A DNA stretch of 64,000 bases, taken from contig JAZRXD010000044.1 of assembly GCA_045600045.1 (NCBI GenBank), forward strand, positions 5,593-69,592, written 5' to 3'. Below, piece by piece: positions 36,464 to 46,006 of this stretch. The number at the start of each line of letters is the position of its first letter. Position 1 is the first letter of the stretch. A program made the position numbers and the translations under genes. This DNA comes from Bacteroidales bacterium (lineage in GTDB: Bacteria > Bacteroidota > Bacteroidia > Bacteroidales > UBA1715). Under the pieces are notes generated by a model. The model saw only the letters and a program-made list of their open reading frames with translations. It was not told the DNA's origin and ran no database searches.

Positions 36464-37828
36464 CTATTCTGTTAATGTGAATGGCTTGTCTTCTAATTTG
36501 TTGAATTTCTTCATTTCTCGTTTGAGTAGGAAGAATGCCAAAATGGTTGACAATCCGTCGGAAATTGGCATTGAAATCCATACGCCAAGTGTGCCAAAAT
36601 AGTTTGGTAGAATTGCAAGTAATGGAATCAATATCAATAATTGTCGCGAAGCCGATAACAATACTGCCATAGGTGCTTTACCGATGGATTGGAAGAAGTT
36701 TGACGCAACCATTTGAAATCCGACAACAGGGAATATGATTACCATTATTCTAAGTCCGATAATTGATTGGGATATTAATTCGGGTTCGTCAGTAAAGATT
36801 TTCACCATCAATCCAGGAATACATTCTCCAACTATAAATGCGATTGTCATTACGCTTGTGGCGAAGAGTATGGTGAGTCGTAAAACTTTCTTTACTCGTG
36901 AATAAATTTGTGCTCCGTAATTAAATCCCGCAATTGGCTGCATTCCTTGGTTCAAGCCCATCACAATGGTTGCGAAGAGCATGATTAGTCTGTTTACAAT
37001 GCCGTATGCGCCGATCGCCATGTCGCCTCCGTATTTGGCTAATTGGTTGTTTATGAGAATAACTATGACGCACGAACAAGAGTGTAGGGTGAACGGTGCC
37101 ATACCTATGGATAGTATGCCTCCAGTTATGCGCTTGTCAACTTTGAACGTTCCTCGTTTGAAGTGTAGGAAATTTTCTTTCTTACTTAAGTGGACCAACA
37201 CGATAATTAAAGCAACTGTTTGTGCCGTGACTGTTGCCAATGCAGCTCCTCGTATTCCCCAATTGAAAACAAAGATGAAAATAGGTGCCAAAGCAGCATT
37301 TATAACAACAGTCAACAATGTGATGCGCATTGCTTTTTGAGGGTAACCCGAAGCTCTGATTTCGTTGTTTAATCCAAGATATAAATGGGTTATTGGATTT
37401 CCGAGCAATATGATTTGCATGAAGTCGCGGGCGTAAGGTAGGGTTTCTTCGCTTGCACCAAACAAATCAAGAAGTTCGTCGATGAAATAAAGCCCGAAAA
37501 ACATTAAACTGAAACCAAGAATGACATTCAGTGAAACGACGTTTCCTAAAACTTTTGTCGCTGAATCGTAATCTTGCTGTCCCATTTTGATTGACGTGAG
37601 CGTCGCTCCTCCGGCTCCGACCATAGCACCGAACGCCGCCGAAAGGTTCATGATCGGCATTGTGATTGCAAGTCCGTCGAGTGCCAGCGCACCAACGCCT
37701 CGTCCAATGAATATGCTGTCGATGATGTTGTAGATTGACGATGCCATCATCGCCAAAATTGCTGGCCCTGAATATGCAATAAGCAGGTCTCGTAAATTTC
37801 CTCTTCCTAAAACAGCTGGTGATGCCAT
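36464..37828 (-). CDS. MATE family efflux transporter (MepA-like)
   Basis: YNIIDSIFIG, about 12 TM segments, GMQPIAGFNYGA, FFQSIGK. Confidence 0.93.
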   Translation of the reverse strand: MASPAVLGRGNLRDLLIAYSGPAILAMMASSIYNIIDSIFIGRGVGALALDGLAITMPIMNLSAAFGAMVGAGGATLTSIKMGQQDYDSATKVLGNVVSLNVILGFSLMFFGLYFIDELLDLFGASEETLPYARDFMQIILLGNPITHLYLGLNNEIRASGYPQKAMRITLLTVVINAALAPIFIFVFNWGIRGAALATVTAQTVALIIVLVHLSKKENFLHFKRGTFKVDKRITGGILSIGMAPFTLHSCSCVIVILINNQLAKYGGDMAIGAYGIVNRLIMLFATIVMGLNQGMQPIAGFNYGAQIYSRVKKVLRLTILFATSVMTIAFIVGECIPGLMVKIFTDEPELISQSIIGLRIMVIIFPVVGFQMVASNFFQSIGKAPMAVLLSASRQLLILIPLLAILPNYFGTLGVWISMPISDGLSTILAFFLLKREMKKFNKLEDKPFTLTE

Positions 37829-37846
37829 ATTATATGTGTGGTTATT

Positions 37847-40051
37847 TTATTTATTTTGAATGTATGGAGTCTTTTTTCTTGTAAATGTTGATTTGTCGTA
37901 TTCAATAATGAAACAAGAAGTGTTTACAGTAGAACCATCTTTTCTATAGAAATTGAAATCATCGTAAAGTCCGTCTTTGTCTTCTATGGCAGGCAATTCA
38001 ACGAAAAAGTCGTTGCTCGTTGCGTAATGTTTTATGAAGAATAACATTTGATCAAATCCTTGAAAACTGAATTTTGTTGGTTCCGTGTTGTATTTTTCAC
38101 GATATATAGTGATGAATTGGTTTACGAGTGGCGATGTATAGTCAACTTCGCCGCTTGTAACAAGTTTAAAGTTCAAGTCAAACAAAAAGTCTAATTCTAG
38201 ATTTTCGTAAAGTTCCCATTGTGGCATTCCCCAAAGTTCAATTGTGTGTGTTTTTGAACTTTGATAGATTTTTGTCACAATATTATTTGCAAATGCTTGT
38301 TGTTTTGAAAGTACGATGAAAATAGTCTTTTCTTTCTTTGACATTGCACGTTCCATGCCTGCCGAACCAGCGCTTGGGTAGAATAGTTCCTCAATTGTGA
38401 TATGTTTTGAATCCATTTTGCTTTTTAGCTCGGTAAATGCAGCTTTGCAAAGATTTACGTTTTTCTTTTCCAATGATTCTGAATTGTAAATTATACAAAC
38501 GTGGCAGTTTTCGTTGTTTGTTATAATGTGGTCGGCCATAGCTTTGAAACGATATTTCTGTGGTGTGTTCATTTGCACTACAAATGGGTTGAGCGAATTC
38601 GTTTCTTCTGTTGAAAGAGGCGAGATAATAGGAATGCTTCTACGTTTTGCGAATGCTGCGGCAGCAGGGAAAGTCTTTGGGAAAACAGGACCGATTATGA
38701 GATTTGTAGTTGTTTTGATTTTATTGATGTTGGTTGAAGCGGAATCGTTGTTTGATTCAATTACGTCTAAGGTGATGTTCAATCCTAGTTTTTTTAGAGA
38801 ATCAAGAGCTAACAATGCTCCTTCGTAATATTCAAGGAATTGATAGGTGTGTTCGTATATTTCTTTGGGTTTGTTGATGATTCCGTCTTCGTTTTGCTGA
38901 TTGTTCCTGTCAAGGAAAAACGGCAAGAGTAGAGTGGCGTGTATGTTTTGTCTTTTTATGTCAAGATTTTGGGTGTATTCGGTTTGCGTTGTTTGTTGCG
39001 GAATATATTCATAGAAATAATCCTGATACGGAATTCTAAGCACGCATCCAGTGGCCATGTTCATCATGTCTATTTTTATATTGTTGGCAACCAACAGGCT
39101 TTCTTCAACATGATATTTGTGTGCAATGCTATATTGTGTTTCGCCTTGTTGCACAACGTGATATACGAATTTATGTTCGTTGATTTGGTCTTGTGCAAAG
39201 TTTTTGTTTTCGTTGTTTATTGGAACTAAAATAAAAGATCCTTCGTCGAAATGCACAATGCCGTAAGAATTGTAGTGCAACAAGTCTTTGGTGGTGACAT
39301 GGTATTTTTCGGCGATTTCGCTCAACGACGTATTCTCGCTAGAGCAGAAATAGAATTCTTTTGTAAGATAAGTTACGTTTAAAGGAATTGTTATTTCGTG
39401 TCCTGGTTCAATTTTATTTGGTATTTCTGGATTTAAATTTCGGATTACTTCTATCGGAACGTGTGTTTCTTTTGAAATATCTTCAATTCCTAATTCATCA
39501 ACAAATGTGATTGTGCCGATATGTGCATTTTTGTTTAAATCAGTAGTTGCAGTTTCTTGTTTAATAGTTTCAACCTTTGGTTGAGGCTGGTTTACCGTTC
39601 CTGAAAAAGGAATGAAAAGTTGTTGACCGATTGAAATTTGTGAATTACTGATTGATGGATTCGCGTTTATGATTTGTCCGGCAGATGTGTTGTATGTTCT
39701 GGCAAGAGCGTAAATGGTTTCGCCAGGTTGCACATTGTGCACAAGGAATGATTGCCCGTTTTTTACAATCAGTTGTCCGTCGTCGTATTTTGATTCCTCT
39801 GCGGATTCTAATACGGGAATTCTAATATCTTGCCCGATTGACAATGCCTCCAAATTGTTGTTACTTTGTTTTATGTCGTCAATAGAAACACCGTAAAGTT
39901 TGCTTAACCCGTAAAAAGTTTCTTTTGCTTGAACAGTGTGTATATAGTATTTTCCCGAATTGTCACTTTCTATTTTTGAACTTTTTGTTTGTGCGTAAAT
40001 CGTTGTGCACCAAATTATTGATAGAAAGGATAGAAGAATGGTTCGTCTCAT
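37847..40051 (-). CDS. LysM-repeat protein with C-terminal periplasmic-binding-protein-like domain
   Basis: HTVQAKETFYGLSK, HNVQPGETIYALAR, HVVQQGETQYSIAH; LLLPF, YYEGALLA, IIGP. Confidence 0.87.
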   Translation of the reverse strand: MRRTILLSFLSIIWCTTIYAQTKSSKIESDNSGKYYIHTVQAKETFYGLSKLYGVSIDDIKQSNNNLEALSIGQDIRIPVLESAEESKYDDGQLIVKNGQSFLVHNVQPGETIYALARTYNTSAGQIINANPSISNSQISIGQQLFIPFSGTVNQPQPKVETIKQETATTDLNKNAHIGTITFVDELGIEDISKETHVPIEVIRNLNPEIPNKIEPGHEITIPLNVTYLTKEFYFCSSENTSLSEIAEKYHVTTKDLLHYNSYGIVHFDEGSFILVPINNENKNFAQDQINEHKFVYHVVQQGETQYSIAHKYHVEESLLVANNIKIDMMNMATGCVLRIPYQDYFYEYIPQQTTQTEYTQNLDIKRQNIHATLLLPFFLDRNNQQNEDGIINKPKEIYEHTYQFLEYYEGALLALDSLKKLGLNITLDVIESNNDSASTNINKIKTTTNLIIGPVFPKTFPAAAAFAKRRSIPIISPLSTEETNSLNPFVVQMNTPQKYRFKAMADHIITNNENCHVCIIYNSESLEKKNVNLCKAAFTELKSKMDSKHITIEELFYPSAGSAGMERAMSKKEKTIFIVLSKQQAFANNIVTKIYQSSKTHTIELWGMPQWELYENLELDFLFDLNFKLVTSGEVDYTSPLVNQFITIYREKYNTEPTKFSFQGFDQMLFFIKHYATSNDFFVELPAIEDKDGLYDDFNFYRKDGSTVNTSCFIIEYDKSTFTRKKTPYIQNK

Positions 40052-40108
40052 ATTTCAAAATTTTTTCAAGCAAACATACAAAATCGGGAGGATAAAAAAA
40101 TAGATTTT

Positions 40109-40132
40109 ATAACTTGGTTATCACCAAGTTAT
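40109..40132 (-). terminator. Hairpin downstream of batE
   Basis: ATAACTTGGT-TATC-ACCAAGTTAT perfect inverted repeat; the U-tract is offset from the stem. Confidence 0.45.
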
Positions 40133-40159
40133 CCACTAATTTGATGATGTAGCGGCTTA

Positions 40160-40912
40160 TTAGATTTCTTCGACGAAATCTCTAATGATCCAACCTTCTT
40201 TGCCGTTGCCAAGCTCGACTTTGTACCATCCGAAAGCTTCATCAATAATTTTTACTTTAATTCCGCCGTGGATTGTAGCCAAGTCCATTGCCGTTGTCAT
40301 TGGTTCGGTTTTTATGCTTGTGGTTGGCTCAATAACAATTGCGTATTCGTGTTTTGTGAGTTCGCTGTAGCGTGATTCTGCGCAGCAAATTGCAATTGTT
40401 CCCAAAAATAATCCGCAAAGCAACGTGGTTAATGCAATCTTTTTGTGTATGATTTCTTGGGTAAATAAAAATATGCAGATAGAAACACAAAAAATAATCA
40501 AGAAAATTATTCCTAAAATGGCCCAAACATCAACTGCACAAAGGCGATAGAGTTTTTGGTAGAGTTGTGGCAAAAAGCCCAACGAAAGATGCTCTATGTT
40601 GTCGGGTTGTTGGCTGTTTGCAAATGCCAAATTGTATTGAATGTCTTTGTCGTTTGGCGACAATAAAAGGGCTTTTTCGTAGTACAAAATTGCTTTTGGT
40701 AATTCGTTCGATTTGAAATAGGCGTTTCCTAAGTTGTAATATAATTCCGATGATTCTTTGTCGTCATTTAAAATATTCAAATATCCTTCGATTGCTTTTT
40801 CATACATCTGACTTTTATAGTAATCATCTGGCAAAATTGTATCTTGTTCTTGTGCAAAAGCATTGCAAATAACTGATATTGAAATAAATATTGTAAAAAT
40901 AAAACGCGTCAT
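40160..40912 (-). CDS. batE: BatE (TPR + TM + SH3)
   Basis: LYYNLGNAYFK TPR, two TM helices, C-terminal SH3 WYKVELGNGKEGWI; position in the Bat cluster. Confidence 0.88.
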   Translation of the reverse strand: MTRFIFTIFISISVICNAFAQEQDTILPDDYYKSQMYEKAIEGYLNILNDDKESSELYYNLGNAYFKSNELPKAILYYEKALLLSPNDKDIQYNLAFANSQQPDNIEHLSLGFLPQLYQKLYRLCAVDVWAILGIIFLIIFCVSICIFLFTQEIIHKKIALTTLLCGLFLGTIAICCAESRYSELTKHEYAIVIEPTTSIKTEPMTTAMDLATIHGGIKVKIIDEAFGWYKVELGNGKEGWIIRDFVEEI

Positions 40913-40934
40913 ACTTTGTAGTTTTTTTGTTTGT

Positions 40935-40942
40935 CAAAGGTA
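40935..40942 (-). promoter_or_regulatory. -7 element (TACCTTTG) giving batE its own promoter
   Basis: TAnnTTTG match 23 nt upstream of the batE ATG. Confidence 0.5.
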
Positions 40943-41002
40943 CGTGTTTTTATTATTTTGCAATCGTTAAATAGAGATTTTCACATTGATTTATGAAGTA
41001 AT

Positions 41003-41677
41003 ATGAAAGAGGTGCAAAAACGTTTGTTTGATTTACGGGATTCTGTTTATGCGGATTTTCAGGCGAAACTTACGCCAACAGTTCCTGCTGATTTGTTTAT
41101 TGGTGTTCGTGTGCCAAAAGTAAGGGCTTTTGCGAAAGAGTTTGGTAAAGAGCCCTTGCATAAGGATTTTTTGAATGAGTTGCCGCATACATATTACGAT
41201 GAGAATATGTTGCACGGATTGCTGATTTCCGATATGAAAGACTTTACGTCGTGTGTGGAGGAAACAGATAAATTTCTGCCATATGTTGATAATTGGGCGG
41301 TTTGCGATATTATGTCACCCAAAGTTTTTAAAAAACATAAACCGGAACTTTTGACGAAAATCCGTGAATGGGCCGCGTCGGACAAAACGTACACCTGTCG
41401 TTTTGGTATTGAAATGTTGATGAGTCATTTTCTTGATGAAGATTTCAAACCTGAATACTTACAGATTCCGGCAGTTGTGAAAAGCGAGGAGTATTATGTG
41501 AATATGATGATTGCGTGGTTTTTTGCTACAGCATTGGCAAAACAATGGGATGCAACAATAGGATATATCGAGAAGAAAAAGCTTTCGCCGTGGGTTCATA
41601 ATAAAACCATTCAAAAAGCTTGCGAAAGTTTTCGTATTACCGAGGAACAAAAAACATATTTAAAAAATTTAAAATAA
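41003..41677 (+). CDS. DNA alkylation repair protein (AlkD-like HEAT repeat)
   Basis: IGVRVP, PYVDNWAVCD, YYVNMMIAWFFATAL, NKTIQKACES. Confidence 0.88.
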   Translation: MKEVQKRLFDLRDSVYADFQAKLTPTVPADLFIGVRVPKVRAFAKEFGKEPLHKDFLNELPHTYYDENMLHGLLISDMKDFTSCVEETDKFLPYVDNWAVCDIMSPKVFKKHKPELLTKIREWAASDKTYTCRFGIEMLMSHFLDEDFKPEYLQIPAVVKSEEYYVNMMIAWFFATALAKQWDATIGYIEKKKLSPWVHNKTIQKACESFRITEEQKTYLKNLK

Positions 41678-41752
41678 AAGAATTATTCCGTTGTTGCAAC
41701 TTGCAAATCGTTTGTATTGTGTTTCGGCATAATTTTGATGTGCCAGAGTATT

Positions 41753-43582
41753 TTATTTATTCAATTCTTGAATAATATTGCTGGCTTCTTCAAATAATTC
41801 GTCTTTGCCTTTTGTGTCGGCCGAAGGTGCAAAGCGGGCGAATTCGCAGCGTTGCAAGATTTGAATGAGTTTGTCGATTGATTCTTCACTGATTTTTCTT
41901 TCCAGTAATTTTTCCTTGATTTTGTCGGTGGTTAAATCAACTTGGGCTATTGTGAATTTGTCGGCAACAAAGCCCCACAAGGCTTTTGCTATTTCTTCGT
42001 AGAATAGGGCGTCTTCGTTGCTTTGCATATATTTTAACGCTGTTTTCAGGCGTTTTTTCGATTCTTTGTTTGCTCCGCGCTGCTTCATTCCTGAAATATC
42101 GTTACGAAGTTCGATTTGTTTACGTTTTACGATAACAAATCCAATAGTAGCCACGAAACATAGTAGGAATATTATCCAAAATGCAGTGGAACGGAAGAAA
42201 TGTGTTCCCGTTTTTGCAATGTGCAAATCGCCAGTTTTTATGAAATGAATGTCGTTGCCAAACTGTACATCTTCTTTGTTTGCTGCTGTATAGTTTGAAA
42301 CTACATTTGCGTTTCCTGTTCCTTTTGTGACGGTTATGTCAATTGGTTCGGTTGTAAGAACTTTGTATGTTTTGCTAGCGATGTCAAAGTATTGCAGATT
42401 GATTGCGGGAATGGAGAAATTGCCTTCTCGTCGAGGCAGAATAACGTATTCAAACGTTTTAGAACCTTTATCGCCGGTTGATGTCGCTGTAAAATTATCG
42501 ATTACTTTCGGATCGTACACTTCAAAATCTTGCGGGAACGTAATGTTGGGTTTTGTCATCAACGAGAAGTTTCCTTCGCCTTTCACGATGACTTTCAATG
42601 AAAATGCTTCGTTAGCAGGGATAGTTGTGACGTCGGTTTTTGCGTCCATTGAGAATTTGCCGACAGCTCCCGAAAAATCAGCGGATTTTCCTGCAGGAAA
42701 TGGTTTTACGTTGATTACGACGTTCTTGCTTTCAATGATTTTTCTTTCGATTTGTCGTTGTGGAAAACCGAACCAACCGCCCGATGTATAGCCGGTAACG
42801 GCATTACAATCAAGTTTGAATGGCGAAATTGTTAATTTTCCGTCTTTTTGAGGATAAATCACCAAACGTTGGAACAAAATTGTGTAATATGTTTTCCCGT
42901 CGATTGTCTCTTGTTTGTATTCGAGTGTTTGTGGTTGTTCTAAAACTCGTTTGTAAAAACCGTTGAAATCGGGTAGTGTGTGGTCGTTGATTCCTTGTAT
43001 GTTTTGTTCTGTAGTAAATACTTTTATTGTTGCAAGAATTGGCTCTCCAATGTATGCTGATGTTTTGTTTACCAATACTCTCGCAAATAAATCTCCGCTT
43101 GCGTTGTCGGGTTTCGGTTCGTTTTGGTATGATTGGTTATAGCCATTTTGTTGCCGTGCTTGCTGTTGTGTTTGTGCTGCTGCGTTTGCTGCTGTTGTGT
43201 TGTCAACTACTTCTATTGTTTGGCTTTGGCTTTTGTATGTTTTTCCGTCAATTTTCACGCTGGCTACAGGTAAAGGGAATGTTCCTTTTTTCGTGGCACG
43301 GAATTGACGGGTTTCGGTATATGTGTAATTTTTCGATACATTTCCGTTGACAATGCTTATGCTGCTGCTTGAGCCGGTTTGTGGCCGTCCAGAAGCTTGG
43401 ATTTCGTTGCATGTTTCAACCGAAAACATATTGCCAGGATCCGTGTTGATAGAGTAGCGGACGTGGAACAGTGTGCCTTCTTCTACAATTTTCGGCGCAC
43501 TTACGCTGATGGAAATATCTTGCGCTAAAGCGTTGAAAATGATTGAAATAGTGAAAAATATGATTGTGACTAATCTTTTCAT
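41753..43582 (-). CDS. batD: BatD
   Basis: Signal ALA-Q, SSSISIVNG, FSGAVG, FEVYDPK, late TM helix, CEFARFAP. Confidence 0.9.
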   Translation of the reverse strand: MKRLVTIIFFTISIIFNALAQDISISVSAPKIVEEGTLFHVRYSINTDPGNMFSVETCNEIQASGRPQTGSSSSISIVNGNVSKNYTYTETRQFRATKKGTFPLPVASVKIDGKTYKSQSQTIEVVDNTTAANAAAQTQQQARQQNGYNQSYQNEPKPDNASGDLFARVLVNKTSAYIGEPILATIKVFTTEQNIQGINDHTLPDFNGFYKRVLEQPQTLEYKQETIDGKTYYTILFQRLVIYPQKDGKLTISPFKLDCNAVTGYTSGGWFGFPQRQIERKIIESKNVVINVKPFPAGKSADFSGAVGKFSMDAKTDVTTIPANEAFSLKVIVKGEGNFSLMTKPNITFPQDFEVYDPKVIDNFTATSTGDKGSKTFEYVILPRREGNFSIPAINLQYFDIASKTYKVLTTEPIDITVTKGTGNANVVSNYTAANKEDVQFGNDIHFIKTGDLHIAKTGTHFFRSTAFWIIFLLCFVATIGFVIVKRKQIELRNDISGMKQRGANKESKKRLKTALKYMQSNEDALFYEEIAKALWGFVADKFTIAQVDLTTDKIKEKLLERKISEESIDKLIQILQRCEFARFAPSADTKGKDELFEEASNIIQELNK

Positions 43583-43605
43583 TGACAAATTCTAAATATC
43601 GAATG

Positions 43606-43613
43606 CAAAATTA
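43606..43613 (-). promoter_or_regulatory. -7 element (TAATTTTG) upstream of batD
   Basis: TAnnTTTG match 24 nt upstream of the ATG. Confidence 0.45.
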
Positions 43614-43707
43614 TAAAAATGAAACCATAATTTAAAAATATTAAGAGTACGGAGTCGAGAATTAGGATAGTGCGTAATGCTCATTTTTTCTGTTAATTAC
43701 TTATTCC

Positions 43708-44292
43708 TTACCAGTTCTTTTCTATTCTATTGTTGTTTTTCTTGTTTTGTTTTTGCATCATAAGTCGCTGTTGTATTGCTTTGTCGTCTTGGTCGATTGC
43801 ATCAAGCATCATTTCTGCTTGCCTTTTGGAAATTTGACCTTTTTTGTCTTCGTCTTGTTGTTCTCCTTGTTGGCCATGTTCGTCTTTGTCGCTTTCCTGA
43901 CCTTGTTGTTGCTGTTGTTGATTTTGTTGCTGTTGATCGCTTTTTTGTTGCGATTCTTGATTCCCTTGTTGATTTTGTTGGTCGTTTTGTTGTCCTGATT
44001 GACCTTGTCCCTGACCATCTTGATTTTGTTGGTCTGGATTATTTTGATTTTTGTTTTGCTGATTTTGTTGATTTTGTTGATTGTGTTCTTCTTCAATCAA
44101 TCGTTTTAATTGAGCGAGGGAGGAATCGGATTCAAAAAGTTCGCAACCACGCGAAACGGTGTATAATGCAGCGTCCTGTTGCTTTTCGGCATAGAGTCGT
44201 GCGGAAACATTGAAATATTCCTGTGCCGTTTTTTGCCCGTAAACGGTTGCGTATGTGCTGAGAATCAGTAATATGGCAAGAATTTTTTTCAT
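43708..44292 (-). CDS. BatC C-terminal-like protein (signal peptide, Q-rich linker, EKNW terminus)
   Basis: ISKRQAEMMLDAI...EKNW resembles the BatC C-terminus; own signal peptide VYG-Q. Confidence 0.72.
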   Translation of the reverse strand: MKKILAILLILSTYATVYGQKTAQEYFNVSARLYAEKQQDAALYTVSRGCELFESDSSLAQLKRLIEEEHNQQNQQNQQNKNQNNPDQQNQDGQGQGQSGQQNDQQNQQGNQESQQKSDQQQQNQQQQQQGQESDKDEHGQQGEQQDEDKKGQISKRQAEMMLDAIDQDDKAIQQRLMMQKQNKKNNNRIEKNW

Positions 44293-44963
44293 TCTTTGTT
44301 GTTGTTTATAATGGTTACGATTCCTTCAAGTTTTTTCGTAAAGTCATTTAATAATTGAACGGTCTTGTCTTTTTCTGCACCGTCACTCATAACTTTCAAT
44401 GCTTCATCGAATTTGTATTGCTTAACGAGTTCCATTGCTTTTTGGAAACATTCTTCGGCAAATTTTGAAGGTTTCTGTTGTTCATGTTCCTTTTTCTTTT
44501 GTTTTTCTAATTCTTCCAGTTGTTTTTTGATTTCTAATTTCTTTTGAGCAAAAGCAAGATTGTAGCGGGTGTCGTCATCTTTGGGATTCAAAATCAATGA
44601 TTGTTTGTAGAGCTTTATAGCTTCTTCGTATTTGCCTTGCTCGCAAGTAATATTTCCGACGTTGTGTAAGATATTTGCTTTCAGCGTTTTGTCGTTCGTT
44701 AGCTTTAATGCTTTGTCGTAAGCTTCGGTTGCTAAAATATATTTTTTCGTTTGACATAATGCATTCCCGAAATTGTACCATGCGTCAAACGATAGTGTGT
44801 CGAGCTGACAAGCGTGTTTATATTGTACTGCAGCATTTTTGTAATCTTCTTTGTTGTAGAACGAGTTTCCTTTTTCTATAATCGGACGAACATCGGTTTG
44901 TGAAAGTCCGTAAAGACAACAAAAACAACAAATTATGAGTAATATGTTTCGTTTGAGGTTCAT
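44289..44963 (-). CDS. batC: BatC N-terminal-like TPR protein
   Basis: GNSFYNKEDY, WYNFGNAL, HNVGN, YKQSLILNPKDDDTRYNLAFAQKKL. Confidence 0.75.
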   Translation of the reverse strand: MNLKRNILLIICCFCCLYGLSQTDVRPIIEKGNSFYNKEDYKNAAVQYKHACQLDTLSFDAWYNFGNALCQTKKYILATEAYDKALKLTNDKTLKANILHNVGNITCEQGKYEEAIKLYKQSLILNPKDDDTRYNLAFAQKKLEIKKQLEELEKQKKKEHEQQKPSKFAEECFQKAMELVKQYKFDEALKVMSDGAEKDKTVQLLNDFTKKLEGIVTIINNNKE

Positions 44964-46006
44964 TTCTTTTCGCCAATCTTAATGTTCAAAATGTCAATAT
45001 TTTTCAGAAATTTATTCTTTCTGTCAAGTATGCAGAATTCCAGAACCAAGCAGATAAGTCCAAGAATTAAAAATATCTGGAAACGTTCGTTGTAAACATT
45101 GAATTCCTGTGATTCAAAGTCTGTTTTTTCAAGTTCGTCAAGTGCTTTAAGGATAGGGGAAAAGTCTTCGCGGGAGTACACGCCACCGCCCGCAGCGGCA
45201 ATTTCTTGCAACATTTGCTCGTTAAGTTTTGTCGTGACAGGACTTCCGTTTCTATCCATCATAAAATTTGTCTGTCCATATTGATTTCTTATCGGAATTG
45301 GCACTCCTGATGTCGTTCCCATACCAACTGTGTGGATTACGACGCCTTTTTCTTTGGCTTGTTGTGCCATTCCAACTGCGTCATCTTCGTGGTTTTCTCC
45401 ATCGCTGATGATAATGATGGTTTTTGCTGTTTTTTCGTTTCCTGAAAACGAACGCAAACACTTAGAAATCGCTGCGCCAATTGCTGTTCCTTGTTTGTCG
45501 ATGCTATTCGTGTTTATGTTTTGTAGGAACAATTTAGATGCACCTACATCGGTTGTCATTGGTAGTTGAATATACGCTTCGCCGGCAAATGTTATGATAC
45601 TTATCTTGTTTTGTTCCAGTTTGTTAATGATTCTTTGAATTGAAAATTTTGCTTTTTCAATACGGTTTGGTTTAATGTCTTCGGCAAGCATACTGTTTGA
45701 AACATCAAGTGCGATGGCTATTTCAACACCTTTTTTCTTTACGTTTTGCTTTTTGACACCGTATTGTGGCTGTGCCCAGGCAACAATCAAGAAAATTGCA
45801 GCAAGAACAAGCAAAATGAACTTGAGATTCTTTCTAAAAGGAGAGTAGTCGGGAATAATAACAGACAATAATTCTTTATCTGCCAATTGTTCCAGTTTTC
45901 GTTTTGTAAATAGTTTGTACAGAACAAAAATGACAATGCAAACACCAACGCCTATAAGGGCGTAAAGATGGTCGGGATATGCAAATCTAAAGTTACTTTC
46001 GTTCAT
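44960..46006 (-). CDS. batB: BatB (vWA domain)
   Basis: MIDAS DVSNS, FAGEAYIQLP, GTAIG, SDGENH; ATG overlaps the batA stop (TAATG). Confidence 0.9.
   Translation of the reverse strand: MNESNFRFAYPDHLYALIGVGVCIVIFVLYKLFTKRKLEQLADKELLSVIIPDYSPFRKNLKFILLVLAAIFLIVAWAQPQYGVKKQNVKKKGVEIAIALDVSNSMLAEDIKPNRIEKAKFSIQRIINKLEQNKISIITFAGEAYIQLPMTTDVGASKLFLQNINTNSIDKQGTAIGAAISKCLRSFSGNEKTAKTIIIISDGENHEDDAVGMAQQAKEKGVVIHTVGMGTTSGVPIPIRNQYGQTNFMMDRNGSPVTTKLNEQMLQEIAAAGGGVYSREDFSPILKALDELEKTDFESQEFNVYNERFQIFLILGLICLVLEFCILDRKNKFLKNIDILNIKIGEKK

Noticed and set aside
43747-44213. Alternative-frame ORFs and GATTTTGTT repeats over the Q-rich gene
   Set aside because: By-products of low-complexity Gln/Asn codons.
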